A DNA stretch of 64,000 nucleotides from Nemertoderma westbladi (Eukaryota; Animalia; Xenacoelomorpha), in NCBI GenBank assembly GCA_032718475.1, contig JAUCBJ010000066.1:1-64000 (forward strand), read 5' to 3'. Below are positions 35,136-48,052 of the stretch, piece after piece. The position numbers were made by a program, and so were the translations under genes. Each line of letters starts with the position of its first letter. Within the stretch, counting starts at the first letter, position 1. Below the pieces are notes generated by a model, which was not told the origin of the DNA, made no database searches, and saw only the letters and a program-made list of their open reading frames with translations.

Positions 35136-38100
35136 AGTAAAATTTAATGAAATTAGTTTAGTAAGATGGCAAACAACGAAAAGATCTTAAGTTTTTATTA
35201 TACCGTTTCTATCTAATTTAATGATGCTCGAATAGCTTTTGGTGAGGTCTGTTTGGAATAAGAGTTATCCTTCTTACGAATACTGGAGTAGAATTTAAAG
35301 TGCCAATCTGTTAATGAGATGGTTATTGAGATGGTCATTTTGCTTAGTGTGAAATATATACATAGCTACAGTACATGTGTAAAACCGTAGCAAATTTGGT
35401 ATATTCATGTAGGCCTACCATAGGATAATAAATAAAATTATATGAATATACTGCAACATATATTTTCTAGAATCCCGTATCAGAGCAATATCACTTTATA
35501 ATATTAATATAATATTACTTTAACTCCTTCCGTAAATAAGGCGTTGAACAATAAACTATATTTTTATATACATATATTTTATATTTTTATTTACATTATT
35601 TTCACTGGTATTGATTTCATACAATGTAATTAATTTGTAATTACATTTACTAGGCCTATACACCTGCAATGATATTTACATTAATCTGTAGGAACTGTGT
35701 TAATTTAAGGTACATATTATATACATAACACATATCCCAATTTGTAAACTAGCTAGTTCTTTGACAAATTTTTCAAAAATATGAACTGCTGTTGTGTAAT
35801 TAATTAAAAAGTTCTAGAATGATTTTCTTATTCTAGAACTTTTTAAAAAGTTTCAAATCATATACAAACTAGCTAATTGTTGTTATTTATGTAAATAAAT
35901 TCTAAAACATTATTTTTGATTCTATAATATTTTATAAAATATTAAAAAATCACTCATTACTTTTTGCTATTTTTGAATATCTATAAAGGTAGGTTAGTAT
36001 GTAGTATGTATAGCCATGGTACTAGTATAGTACCACCAAGGTGTACTAAATAACTAATAAAATTTAAGTTATTTAGTACACCTTGAGTACCACCCATAAA
36101 AAATATAGCCTAAAATGATTTAGAAACTAAAATAAAATATTCTAGAATATTAATAACTAGCTTGCTAATTACTAATTGTGTTTTTTTATGGTAACTAACA
36201 CAGTGGTTTTTACTAGCTAGAACTTTTTGAAATTACATAAAAAAAATACTAGCTAGTAAAAAAACACTAGCTAGTAGCTACCATAACAAAATATTTACTA
36301 AGGTTCTAGAACATTCACCAATTTTGTGTTTTTTTAATGATTTGAGTTAAAACCCATTAATTTCCTACAAATTATTATTGTAGCTGTGATTTTTATTATT
36401 GTAGCTACTATTTTCTTACTATCTAGTTTTAAAATATTTTAAGTAAAATATATTTTACAATTTTAAATCATAAAATTATAATATATTTTAGACCAAACTA
36501 TATTTGTTCTAGAACAATATTTACTTTTATTTATAACTGCTAACATATGTTGTCGAACAGTTTAAAATAATAACTAACAAAAACTGTAATTAAAAATTAT
36601 TTTGACTAGCTAATAAACAGAATAAAAACTACTACCTAATTAGGTACTTAAAATCACTAGTTACCATGAAAATTCATAGTTGTTCGGAATTGTTTTTAAC
36701 ACTAAACAAATAAAAAAAACACCGAAACACACATTTTTAAAAAGGGTTCTAGAACAAAAAATGCATTGTATGCAAAAGAACAATGCAAAAGAACATTACG
36801 TTTTACAAAAATGAATGAATAGACAATTTATTATGTTCTAAAACATTTTTAAAAAAGTAAGAACAACTTGGATAACAACAAATATATAATTAATTTAAAA
36901 TGTTGAAGAACAACAATTATTTGTTCTAGATCAAAATTAATAAAAAATGAATAGACAATATGGTCTAGAATATTGTAAAAAAGTAACGAAGACTAGCTAG
37001 TATAACAAATCTGGTGGAGGTTTGCACAAAACACAGTAGTACCAGTTGCTCCGTCTGAGGGGGCCTTATGTGAACTGTGTTGTAGCTAATTATTACAAAT
37101 GTTCTAGAAAAACCTACACCATCTCCTGGAATATAGTGTCGTATAGTTTAACCTCACTCCTCCTCCTTGGGTGAGCCAGAGTTTTTATTTTTGCTTTTAT
37201 TCTCTAGCTACAAGCGTTTGATAAAGGTGTATCCGGCGATATTTCACCAGTTACACTGCAGTTTTGTTCAACCGAGGCGATATACAGAAAAGTGTCCAAA
37301 CTATTGCCATTTTTGTGTGAAAAATAAAGTTTATCCAAACCCATCATATGATATATATATTCTAAATGATTGAAAAAAAATATTCTGTAGAATTCAGTGA
37401 AAGTATTGGCCGACCTTATGACCTGTGAAAAAATATACTGCTTGTCCATTCCTGTCCATTCCTGTCCACTTCCTGTAACAATTATTTTAATACATATTCT
37501 AGTAATAGTAATGAAAGCCCGGTTACAGACGGTTACAGGTGGGGGACGTTTTATGGTACGACTGACACTGCCAAACACACATTATAAATGCTGCGTATGA
37601 ACATTGTACATCATATATGAAGCATTTTCAAGGAGGATTTCAGAACTGTTATTGTTTTACCGAGGTACCAATTATGGGATTCTATCAGCTTTAACGTTGG
37701 TTACAGGAGGGGACAGTTTATGATTTTCTCTCCGATCTGAGGCTCTTTCGATGAATTTGTATAATTGTTTTTGTGTCTTACAGCTGAGTAATTACAGATT
37801 CTTAAAATAAAATGTCAAGATGTACCTGTAACCACAATTGCCGTTATTCAATTTGTGCCATTGGGGGACATTTTAGTGGTGTAGTAGAAAACAAAGTGTT
37901 CCAGGATCTCCTGTATGCTAACTATACATCTACAGACTATGATGTTTGTTAACATTTATAGACAAATTTTCGAGCTTTCATTTGGTATTTAACATATTAA
38001 CTTTTATTAACATCAGATAGAAACTAGAGCTCCTTTTAACTGCTCCTAATCATTTTTTTTGTCAAAACATCACGTTTTCCGTGGTTTTTGACGATATCAA

Positions 38101-39519
38101 GCACAATTTAGTGCTATTCATTTACAGTAGCGCTTAGCAAACATGGTTTCCTAGATTCCTGATGAAAATGTCTACCTGTAACATTTTATTTCATGAGATT
38201 TCATTCAGTAGAAATGGAATTACACCATGGTCTCACTTTTTGTATATTGCTCCAACCTTATAGTGATACCAATAGAAAGCTGGCCGTGCAAGGATTCCAA
38301 AAATGTAAATCATTTGAATTTGGTGTGGAAATTTGGTTATGGGCATTCGAAAGTTGCGAGTTATTGACATTCGAAAGTTGCATGTATTTGCTGGACTTTT
38401 ATCCTATTTAATAAATACTTCATGTTCTAGAACATTTTGGTTATGATAAATATTTATTAATATATTAATAATTAATTAATTAGTAATTTATTTACGGAAT
38501 TACATTGATTTACGTGCCCATTGTAATGTATAATATTTATATATATTTATTTATATCTAATCATCAATAAATATATATCTGTATATGTACTAAATTTGCA
38601 CAACACATGACAAACAAAAGGAACAGTAGGGAAGAGTAAGTAGCAAATTGGTGATGTTCCAGAATAATTTAATAAATTTAACAATAAGCTGTGATTCAAT
38701 GGGAAATTAGTAATATTTACACTGGCGTGTTACACATTAATTGCTATATCTCGGAAACTAGATATATCTAGCTATATCTAGGTATCAAATTTTTAACTAT
38801 TTCAAAAATTTCACGATATATTACGGTAACTGTTGTAAAAAAAATTCACAATTCCACTGCAAGGAAATTTAATAATTTCCATTAATGTTAGCGAAGATTT
38901 TTCACATAATAAAATTGTCATTGCTCTATTGATTTTAGGTGTAATTTATTAATTTGTTTTGTTTAAAAACCGCAATAGTTTATAATATAACAAATAAATG
39001 TTTTGGTAATAAGGGTTTTTGAGGTCGATAAATCCGATGGGCGAGGTTACATCCACCCGTTTAGTAGAGAAGTCGTGTAAATAAGCTCTCTATATTGTAC
39101 CAGAAAAATTAGTATTAAAAGTGGTTAAATGATTACACAAATTTCCGTTGCTCTGGAAACTAAATTGGTAACTATCCAGAAGTGCATACTTCTGTCAATC
39201 GATAGTCATTAGAGTAAAGTTTATTTATCTGTACGAAATTTGGAGAAAATCCCACCAATATACCCCTTTGTTGCTATGTAAAATCCATGTTGCTATGAAA
39301 AGAACAGGAAATTGAAACTTATTCGCATAATATATTTTTATAGACTTTTTTTGCGTATTAACAAGGTAATATACTGTAGAATAAAAAATTGGTTTGGATG
39401 ATTGTGAATTTGTTATGGGTTGACCCTCTTTTTTAGCTAGATTAACTCGCCTAATGGACTGCGGCAGAAGCAAAGACATGCAACATTCGAATGCCTATAA
39501 CTCAGCTATTTCCCAACCA

Positions 39520-39692
39520 AATACATAACTATTTACATCATTGTGTGCAAAGTAGCACTTTGCAGTGTTATGATACGAGTTTATTTATGTACCGAACGAA
39601 CGCAGCGAAGGAAGTCTACATAAATAAACAAGGGTCTTTAACTCTGAAAAGTGACCTTTGCAAGCAATGATGTATGTAATTTTGTTACATTA
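39520..39692. repeat. Palindromic element of similar architecture
   Basis: TACATCATTG..TGCAAAG...GTTTATTTATGTA / TACATAAATAAAC...CTTTGCA..CAATGATGTA arms. Confidence 0.65.
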
Positions 39693-40139
39693 TGTCAACT
39701 TATCAGCGTTCGGTATGTGAAGAAAGGATGTCATGGATGCTCATTTATACATTTTAATCATGTACTATTTCGAAAATAAGTGAAATTTATTAACAGGTAC
39801 AAAGTACTAATTATACATTTATATCGAATTAAAGTTTATTGTTGTTATCTCCTGCATGGATGTGATAAATCTCTGATCCATCGTCGACTGAAGCAAACTG
39901 AGTCACCGTCTGTGTCCGTTCAGTTTTACTGAACACTGTCGCCATTTTCTTTGGTCATTTTCTCTAAAGTGTCTTCTATTGGACGTAATGGATTACAGTA
40001 CAAGTACACGTTAAACAATTATTTACATACAGAAGCTAGTCCCGCCACTGCAAACTGGATAATAAAGCAGCACTCATTAACATAAATGGAAATAATACAT
40101 TCTGGAATACGGTAATTGAATTAGTTTCCATGTCATTGA

Positions 40140-42042
40140 TTACTTTGCAGCAGGCCCACTTTGAAAAGCTCCTCAATAATGACAGGTGATAACTTTATAG
40201 AAGTAAAAGTGTCTGAGTCTGTACTCCCAGATATTCCCATTGGCGATATCTCCTTTGCAGAAATGAAGGCTGCTGCAAAGAGCATTAAGACCAATCGTGC
40301 CAGTGGAGTAGATTGTGTTCCCCCTGAGGTCTTTAAAATACCTGAGTGTTTAAAGCTCATCTATCCCATCATAGTAGACATGTAACGAACAACAAGAGTC
40401 CCACAAGAAATGAAAACAAATAAGTCCCAGATATTCCCATTGGCGATATCTCCTTTGCCGAAGTGAAGGCTGTTGCAAAGAGCATTAAGACCAATCATCC
40501 AGTGGAGTAGATGGTGTTCTCCCTGAGGTCTTTAAAATACCTGAGTGTTTAAAGCTCATCTATCCCATCATAGTAGACATGTACCTAACAACAAGAGTCC
40601 CACAAGAAATTAAAACAAATAAGTTGGTGCCAGTTCCCAAGAAGGGCAACCTAACACTCTATGGTTCTTTTCGGGGAATCGCATTGATCTCGATTGCTGC
40701 AAAGCTATACAATAGAATTCTATTAAATCGCATCAGGGATCCCATTGAGAGACTGCTCCGTGGAAATCAGAATGGGTTCCGTAAAGGTGGGACCATGGAG
40801 CCCATTTTGGCACTTAGATGAATACTGTAATTGAAGAGTTATCAAAAAAGAAAGACAGGCATCAGGTTGTTATCTTTGTTGACTTCTTCAAGGCCTTTGA
40901 TTCAGTCACTCGCTCACGTATGTTCAGCATACTTTCATTATATGGGATTCCTGATAAAATTATTGCAGCAATCAGATCAGTATACGATGGTTCGACAACA
41001 TTTGTGTCTACTGTTGACGGTGACACAGAACCATTTGAAGTGTTATGGGGTGTCCTCCCGGGAGACACACTTGCACCATTCTTGTTTATAATTGTGGTTG
41101 ACTATGTTCTACGCATGTCCTTAGATCATCTTAATGATGATGGGGTGATGATAACTCCAGCTACTGGCTCCAGAAGTCGAGGAAATTCTGCCAATTACCT
41201 AACTGATCTAGACTTTGCTGATGACTTAGGAGTACTCTCAGAATCACTAGAGGAAGTCCAACGGCTCCTCAGTCCATTAGAACATGATGCTTCTAGTGTT
41301 GGTCTTTTTATTAACTCCAGAAAGACCAAAATTTTGACAGTTAACTGTGAAAGTCCTCAGCAAGTCTCTGATCGGATGAGCATAAGCTCAAAGGATGGTA
41401 TGCTTGAGCATGTGGACGACTTCTGTTACCTGGGATCATGTATCCGGAAGTCAGGTGAGGACCTTCGAATACGTAAGGGAAAGGCATGGGCAGCCTTCAT
41501 AGGCTTTCCAGGATTTGGAAGTCACAGATAATTAATCGGAAACTTAAGGTCCGATTATTTAGAGCAGCAGTAGTTCCAGTACTCCTCTATGGGAGTCCAT
41601 GCTGGGCTCTAACTGCTGAGGACACCAAATCTCAGGATGGCACATTCACAAGAATGCTACGCCGGGTTCATTGTGTCAAGTACAATGCACACATCTCCAA
41701 CCAGACACTATATAACATTGGAGGTGTCTCATTGGTTCCCCCAAGCTTGACACTAGAACAAAATCGCCTCCGCTTTGCAGGACATTGCTTTCGCCGTGAG
41801 GACCAGCCAGTGCATAATCTTGTACTTTGGCAGCCTCATGGAGTGAATAAGCATGGTGGACAGCCCATGACTTTCTTGAGACGCATCTTAAAGAACACTG
41901 GCCTTGAAGATGCGGATGATCTAGCAAATGTCATGGGTGATAGGGAGTTGTGGCGGCGCAATTTTGTCGACAAGCTGGCACAGCATTCTTAAAAATGCAG
42001 CTGCAATTCAGCATGGCGATCCTAGTAGTAGTAGTAGTAGTT
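40140..42042 (+). mobile_element. 5'-truncated RTE-like non-LTR retrotransposon (frameshifted RT)
   Basis: FRGIALISIAAKLYN, QNGFR, FVDFFKAFDS, GVLPGDTLAPFLF, DLDFADDL, FCYLGS, VLLYGS, RLRFAGH; (TAG)n tail at 42023-42040; internal duplication of about 195 bp (40230-40620). Confidence 0.92.
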
Positions 42043-43020
42043 GCAGCGTTCCGCCCTATAGACGGCAACGCTGCAAAGTAGTACTTTGCAGCGTTACGAG
42101 TAATTCACCAGAACGCTGTTAAGTTTACATAATGTAACAAAATATGTTTACATATTTGGAATCTTTGCACGGCCAGCTTTCCACTAGTAATCACTATCAA
42201 CAAATCACTATAAAGTTTAAGAATAACTGCATGCGAAGTAACAACTTGTGCAATATCGATGGAGACATCTTTTTTAAACGCTTGTAGCTAAAGAATGAAA
42301 GCAAAAATAAAAATTCTTGCTATGTTTCAATTTTGAGAAAAATTTGGGGCTACCTGAATAACTACACAGTATCCTATGACATGGTCTATATGGCGTAAAT
42401 CCATATAATTCTAATATTTTCTAATTTGTTTCAGAACATTAATTATTATTTCACTAATTGTGTTTGTTTTTTTTGACGACTATTCTAATGATATCTACGT
42501 GGATTATATTCCCAAAACGAAAAATGTAGCCGTTAGAGGTATTTCGTTCAATCTCAATGTGTATGACTAACGTTATGTTTTATTTATTGTTCTATTAATT
42601 CAACTATATTTTACTACTGTATATATAGTTCTTTATTTACCCTGTACTTTATGAAGTAAATAATAATTACTGCACAACCCGGTATCAGTTAAAAACATAA
42701 ACCTGTTTTCGCCGCTCAATGAATTAAAAAATGTAGTGAAATATTATTTTTAATTAAACAATTGGATAATTTCATTTATAAATTGAGCACATTTATGTGA
42801 AACATAAATACTGTCATCTAATGTTAGTTTACACTAAAAGTTCATTGAATAAAATAGATATGGGTTAATAATGTACGAAGCAGAATGTTAAGCAGGGCTG
42901 GTGGAACATAATAATAATAATATAATATATTACAATTATTAACCACTAAGACCCCATTATTTAATTATCGCATCACACCAAATTCATCAACCATAATCCT
43001 TTTAATAATACAATTAAATT

Positions 43021-44124
43021 TTAAATGTTCAGGGTAACATGCCTATATTCAAACAAATCAGATTCAAATATATTCCGACAAGCATTCACAAGTAATTCTA
43101 CGCTGTGTACACCGAGACCTTTCTTCCAAGACTCCTTTACATGAACACCAGTGTCTTCCCACTTCCTTCTCATCTGTTTCTGGTATTCGATAAAATTAGA
43201 CGTGTTGTTTTCTACGAATTTTTGAACAGTATTTGTGTAGTTCAATCCCAAAAATCGTAGTAATGCGCTTGTGGTTGCGTTTGGACGCTGCGTTAAATCT
43301 TCGAATTTTAATAAGTAATATCTATTTTCAAGCCAAGTTGGCTGGGAGTTACCAATAGATACATCGTTATACATTTTATCACAAACAAATCCTATGTCTT
43401 TGATCATTATCATTGAATCTCTCCTAATTGATGGAACTAAATTCACATATCTATACAACCCATCTCTGAATCTCGAGTAACAAATTGATCGAGGGTCTCT
43501 TATTAATTGAATAATTTTTAAGTTTATATTATGTTTAGTAATTAATTCTTCAAGGGATGAAATATTATCTAGTCTGTTTGTTTTAACCAATGTGATCTCA
43601 TGTTCGCGACATAATTGATTAAACATATGAGATGTAATATTATAGCAGGCTGTATCGCTACATTGTCTTGCTAGCACTTTGCTTTGCCTGCGAAAAGCTA
43701 TTGGTTTCGTGTTGGTATATTCAATATATGGTTCTGAAACGTTGCAAACATATATTGACCGTAATAGCGGTATCAATTGTGATGATGAAACGGTATTGTC
43801 ACATTGTCTCAAAGGCTCATCACCACAAGCTTCAGTAAGTTTTGGAAATCGAAACATGTGACCTGGCTCATAATGATATAGGACCGATGGGTGTGTGTCT
43901 AAAAGGTTTCCAAGGAAACTACCTCCACCTTTCATTGCAGTTATAATAATTATTGCTAATCTCTTCTCTGTATTAATAGTGGTAGTTTTAATAACATGGT
44001 CAACGCTCAACTCAGATTCCTGGGTTATATGAAGTAAATTCAGGATCCAAGCGAACAGTATAAAGGATCCTGACATTGAAACGAGAATAAACAGCTTCCA
44101 GACACGTCTTGGTAATTCACGCAT
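43021..44124 (-). CDS. Golgi carbohydrate 6-O-sulfotransferase (CHST1/4/5-like), intronless, 367 aa
   Basis: N-terminal TM anchor, 5'-PSB-like TAMKGGGSFLGNLL...HPSVLYHYEP, K.NRL, 3'-PB KIIQLIRDPRSICYSR, YYLLKFEDL. Confidence 0.9.
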   Translation of the reverse strand: MRELPRRVWKLFILVSMSGSFILFAWILNLLHITQESELSVDHVIKTTTINTEKRLAIIIITAMKGGGSFLGNLLDTHPSVLYHYEPGHMFRFPKLTEACGDEPLRQCDNTVSSSQLIPLLRSIYVCNVSEPYIEYTNTKPIAFRRQSKVLARQCSDTACYNITSHMFNQLCREHEITLVKTNRLDNISSLEELITKHNINLKIIQLIRDPRSICYSRFRDGLYRYVNLVPSIRRDSMIMIKDIGFVCDKMYNDVSIGNSQPTWLENRYYLLKFEDLTQRPNATTSALLRFLGLNYTNTVQKFVENNTSNFIEYQKQMRRKWEDTGVHVKESWKKGLGVHSVELLVNACRNIFESDLFEYRHVTLNI

Positions 44125-44405
44125 TGCACAGTCTCAACCCTTTATATTGGAATAATAACTTTCAAGCTTCAACCAGACAGCCGCTAGTACAACCAGTACA
44201 CTGGTATACTGGTACACTATTATAGGCCTATCATCACAAATCTGACAAATTTATATTTATTTATCTTACAATAATTGCAAAGGTGTTTATTGTACCAAGT
44301 ATTGTGAACAGTAAATAATATGTAAGGCATGAAATTCAAAACCACAACCATGCTTATAGATTGTGGATCCAATCAACAACACTGGATTAAAATATGAAGG
44401 TTATT

Positions 44406-44418
44406 GTCGCCTAGCAAC
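44406..44418. promoter_or_regulatory. RFX X-box in the divergent CHST/LRRC51 intergenic region
   Basis: GTCGCCTAGCAAC fits the X-box consensus GTNRCC(N0-3)RGYAAC, about 320 bp upstream of the LRRC51 ATG. Confidence 0.7.
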
Positions 44419-44740
44419 CTCATGGAATCCAAATATTAATTATTGAGTTGCCAAGATCGCCCTTACCATCTTACCTTACCATGTTTGCTTACTTGTAGAG
44501 TGAAAGTTACATGAATAGACATTATTTCCCGATTGATATAAAGCAATTTGCCATAATTATTTGCAAATATATTTCACATGCCAACTTATACTTATAAATA
44601 TCATTAACTTATTTAATTGCTTGAATTAAATACTGCAAAGTCATTGTTCGGCTAGAGATTACGTGGCTATTTTAGAAATTGAATAATAATGTCATAAGTT
44701 GTTAATAAAACTAAAAATATAACATTAATTATTAATAATT

Positions 44741-44949
44741 ATGGAGGTTGTACTTTACAATAAGAAGCGCGACTTATACGACTATATAAAACCTTCTATT
44801 GATTGCCACACTGAACTAAATAAGCCACTCGATTTCTCGTTTAAATTCTTCCTGAACAGCAGTGATATGAAAGGGGAAGAGCCTATAAGTTCAGATGGAA
44901 AACCAATGGAAAAGGATGAAGATGGATTGGTGAACACAAAGTGCTTGAG
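44741..44949 (+). CDS. LRRC51: LRRC51 exon 1
   Basis: PLDFSF...EEP; donor AG|GTGAGT at 44950 (phase 2). Confidence 0.85.
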
Positions 44950-45474
44950 GTGAGTCCAGAATAGGCCTTATAAAGTGCAGTGGGGGGGACTCGAACCCCA
45001 CACTCGAGGCCTAATCTTGGCCCTCGAGAAACCTTTGCAATTTTCTCCCTCCTTTAATCTTAGCCATAATAATGTCATGGGATGGGATGCACAATCACTT
45101 TTCACTGACTGGGGCAGTTAGTAAGCTCATCAGACTGTATGGAGGATACAGTGTACAGTTATTGTAGGGTGTCCATGACTAACATTATACACAAAAACGT
45201 AATCTATAATAAAACAAAATTAATCGACACCGACTACAGTACAGATACCCTCTGGTAACGGTATATTCTATCTATATTATGATATAAATGTTAAATATCA
45301 ATTAAGGGAAATGAGCAAGTTACAGTGGCAGATTATTGCAACCCAAACAATAAACGAGTCATGAGCACACGGTATACAAGCAAGCAAAAATTTTATTTTA
45401 TTTTTGTTTATTATTGTATTATTTTTTTGGCAAAATTACCATGTAATTTCTTATATCATTGCTTTTATTTTCAG

Positions 45475-45703
45475 ACTTAACAATAACAGTCTCTCGAACA
45501 TTGAAGACTTGAAGGAAATGTCAACAGGAATTGTTGCAGATATTACGTCTATTACGTGGATTGATTTATCCTTTAATAGTCTAACTAAGATCGACCCCAG
45601 CCTCGTGGAATTCACAGGTCTTAAAATGCTTTATTTACATGGCAACAAGATCCAAAATCTTTCAGAAGTTGACAAATTGGTGAAGCTGAGAAACTTAAGA
45701 AAG
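45475..45703 (+). CDS. LRRC51: LRRC51 exon 2 (LRRs)
   Basis: Acceptor TTTTCAG; RLNNN...WIDLSFNSLTKIDP...LYLHGNKIQNLSEVDKL; donor AAG|GTAAAA. Confidence 0.9.
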
Positions 45704-46089
45704 GTAAAAAGATTCAATATAAAAAATTTACTTATCCAAATCAGTATTTTGTCATTGATAATCGAATATAAAATAGGGGCCCTACTCTACCTACAGATGT
45801 TGTACAGTAGAATCTATAGGCCAACATTATCCAAATACAATGTACAGTATAAGCGGGCACTAATGACATGCTACCATAGGTACTATTTCCTATCTACAGT
45901 ATTAGCCGGGTGCATATAAAGCATACATTTCTCACTTTTCGGGATTTGAAAGGAATGGCAGTTTGCCTCCATCGACATAAAGTTATATAAATATATTTTG
46001 TTGCGGGTCACTTTAGTCTTTACATAACAAAACAACAGAAAACATAGATAATCTGGGACATAACTTTATTCTAACATTGTTTGTTTCAG

Positions 46090-46263
46090 TTGACATTACA
46101 TGGGAGTCCAATTGAGAATGATAAATCCTATAGAAACTATGTTCTATCAAAACTGCCGCATATTATATCGATGGACTTTGGGTTGATAACTAAAAGCGAT
46201 AAACGTAGAGCTATGGTTTGGCAACGAGGAAAGGCGCGTAAAACCAGACGTTATAGCGACTAA
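46090..46263 (+). CDS. LRRC51: LRRC51 exon 3 (LRR cap)
   Basis: Acceptor TTTCAG; LTLHGSPIE...YRNYVL...DF..ITKSD...W; stop TAA. Confidence 0.9.
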   Translation: MTLHGSPIENDKSYRNYVLSKLPHIISMDFGLITKSDKRRAMVWQRGKARKTRRYSD

Positions 46264-47501
46264 GAAGAAACACGGCCAGATAGCAATGAAGGATTTATCT
46301 GCCTTCAAATGGTCCATAACAATTGTCATTAACATTGAACTACAACTGCATATCTTTTTGAACCAATACAACCATAATTTCACCAATGCACCGTAGTCGA
46401 AGGAAAAGTTAAATATTGTTGTGCTACATGTTAGAGGTAGTACAATTCAAATGCCCAACGTATATTAATTCACTAATATTCTGTAATTACCTCATCATAT
46501 GACATTGATACTGTAGTTACTGTAGGATGGCTGAACACGCGTTTGTCATTGCGCAACAAAATTCTTCAAGCAATTTGTTTAGATACTCTAGAACGTTAGG
46601 CCTACTGTACAGTCGTTAGAAGGTACGTTAAAACACCATAGTGTGCCTTTTCGTTAAAAGATACCTACATATCCAAGGAAAAACTTACCTAAAGATAGTC
46701 CGTATATGGGCGAATGACTTAGGATAGGGAATAGGGAACAACCTGGTTTTATATTCAAATGACGAGACAAGGCGAGGAATCTTCACACAAATCGCACCTG
46801 GGCTAATAAACAATATTAATTTTATTCATTACCATTTAACCTTAACCTTATTAATTCAGTTGTTGAAAAATTCACAAATACGAAATATACAGAAATACCA
46901 TTCATTCCACTTACTTTGTTATCTAGTAGATTGGTAGTGTTTTGCTAACATGAACTCGGCGGGGTGCGTTATTAAGCACCAAATAAATACTACTGTATAA
47001 GATTTAGGATACTAACTTAAACAAAATTAGGAAAGCGGGACTTATTATGGCGAGTATACACAAACTACTACTACAGTGTAGGGTGAAGGGTGACCCCCAA
47101 TAATATCAAACCTACAACGATAAAACACCACTCTGTTGCAAACCTCGCAATAAACACTCTGTTGCCATCCACTGCCAGAGATTACCCACCTCCATCGCAG
47201 CTAATGAGGCAAGACACCATCAAAGATGCAAACTGGAGTACTGTAGAGCGACCAGTTCATGAAATGGGAAGGGGGATTCAAACTCAGGAAATAATCCAAC
47301 CTGGCATACAGTAACTTGTCTTGGAATAACTAATTATGTACATAAAAAATAACCACAAAAATAATAATATGCGGCCATAGAAACAGCATTCGTGTGGAAG
47401 TAACATTCACTATGTCCTACTGTAGCTACTGTACTGTAGGTAAAATTATGAAAAATGTTACTAAATCATATCTCTAAAATCGTAATTCTATCTTATCTCC
47501 C

Positions 47502-48052
47502 TATACACCATGACCCAGTGTCATTTTCTGATTTACACGCCCCCCAACGCCCACCCACCCCCACCCCCCCCCCCCCCCCCAAAAAAAAATGTCTACAAAT
47601 CTTCATCATTTTGCTTGAAATTTGAACCACAACTTGCCTTTAAAAATTTTTTATAAGCGTTTTAAAAGTGTTTTTTTGCGAAATCGCACCATTCGTAGGC
47701 CTATCGTGCGTGGCCATTCTTCACACTAGTGGTATTTTGTGCTTGCGCTGCAAGGATTCGAAATATGTAACAATATCTGAATTTCGTTAAGAAACAGCTG
47801 AGATATAATCGTTCAAAGATTGCAAGAATTATCGTTTGCTGAAAGTCATTTATTCTATTTAATAAATACGACTAACGTGAAGAATGGCCACAATACGAAG
47901 TGTGCGATTTCGCAAAGGATACTTTTTTATAACGCTTATAAAATTTGAAGGCAAAATTGAAAATTCCGACGTCATGAGGGCAATGACGGTGAGTTGAACT
48001 ACTGCAGTTCTGTTTCATCAGCAAACGACACTATACGTGGGTCACGGCGTGT
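47502..48052. mobile_element. MITE with terminal and internal inverted repeats
   Basis: TACACCATGACCCA / TGGGTCACGGCGTGTA ends; internal arms TTATAAGCGTT..TTTGCGAAATCGCAC..GTGGCCATTCTTCAC vs inverse at 47875-47942. Confidence 0.65.
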
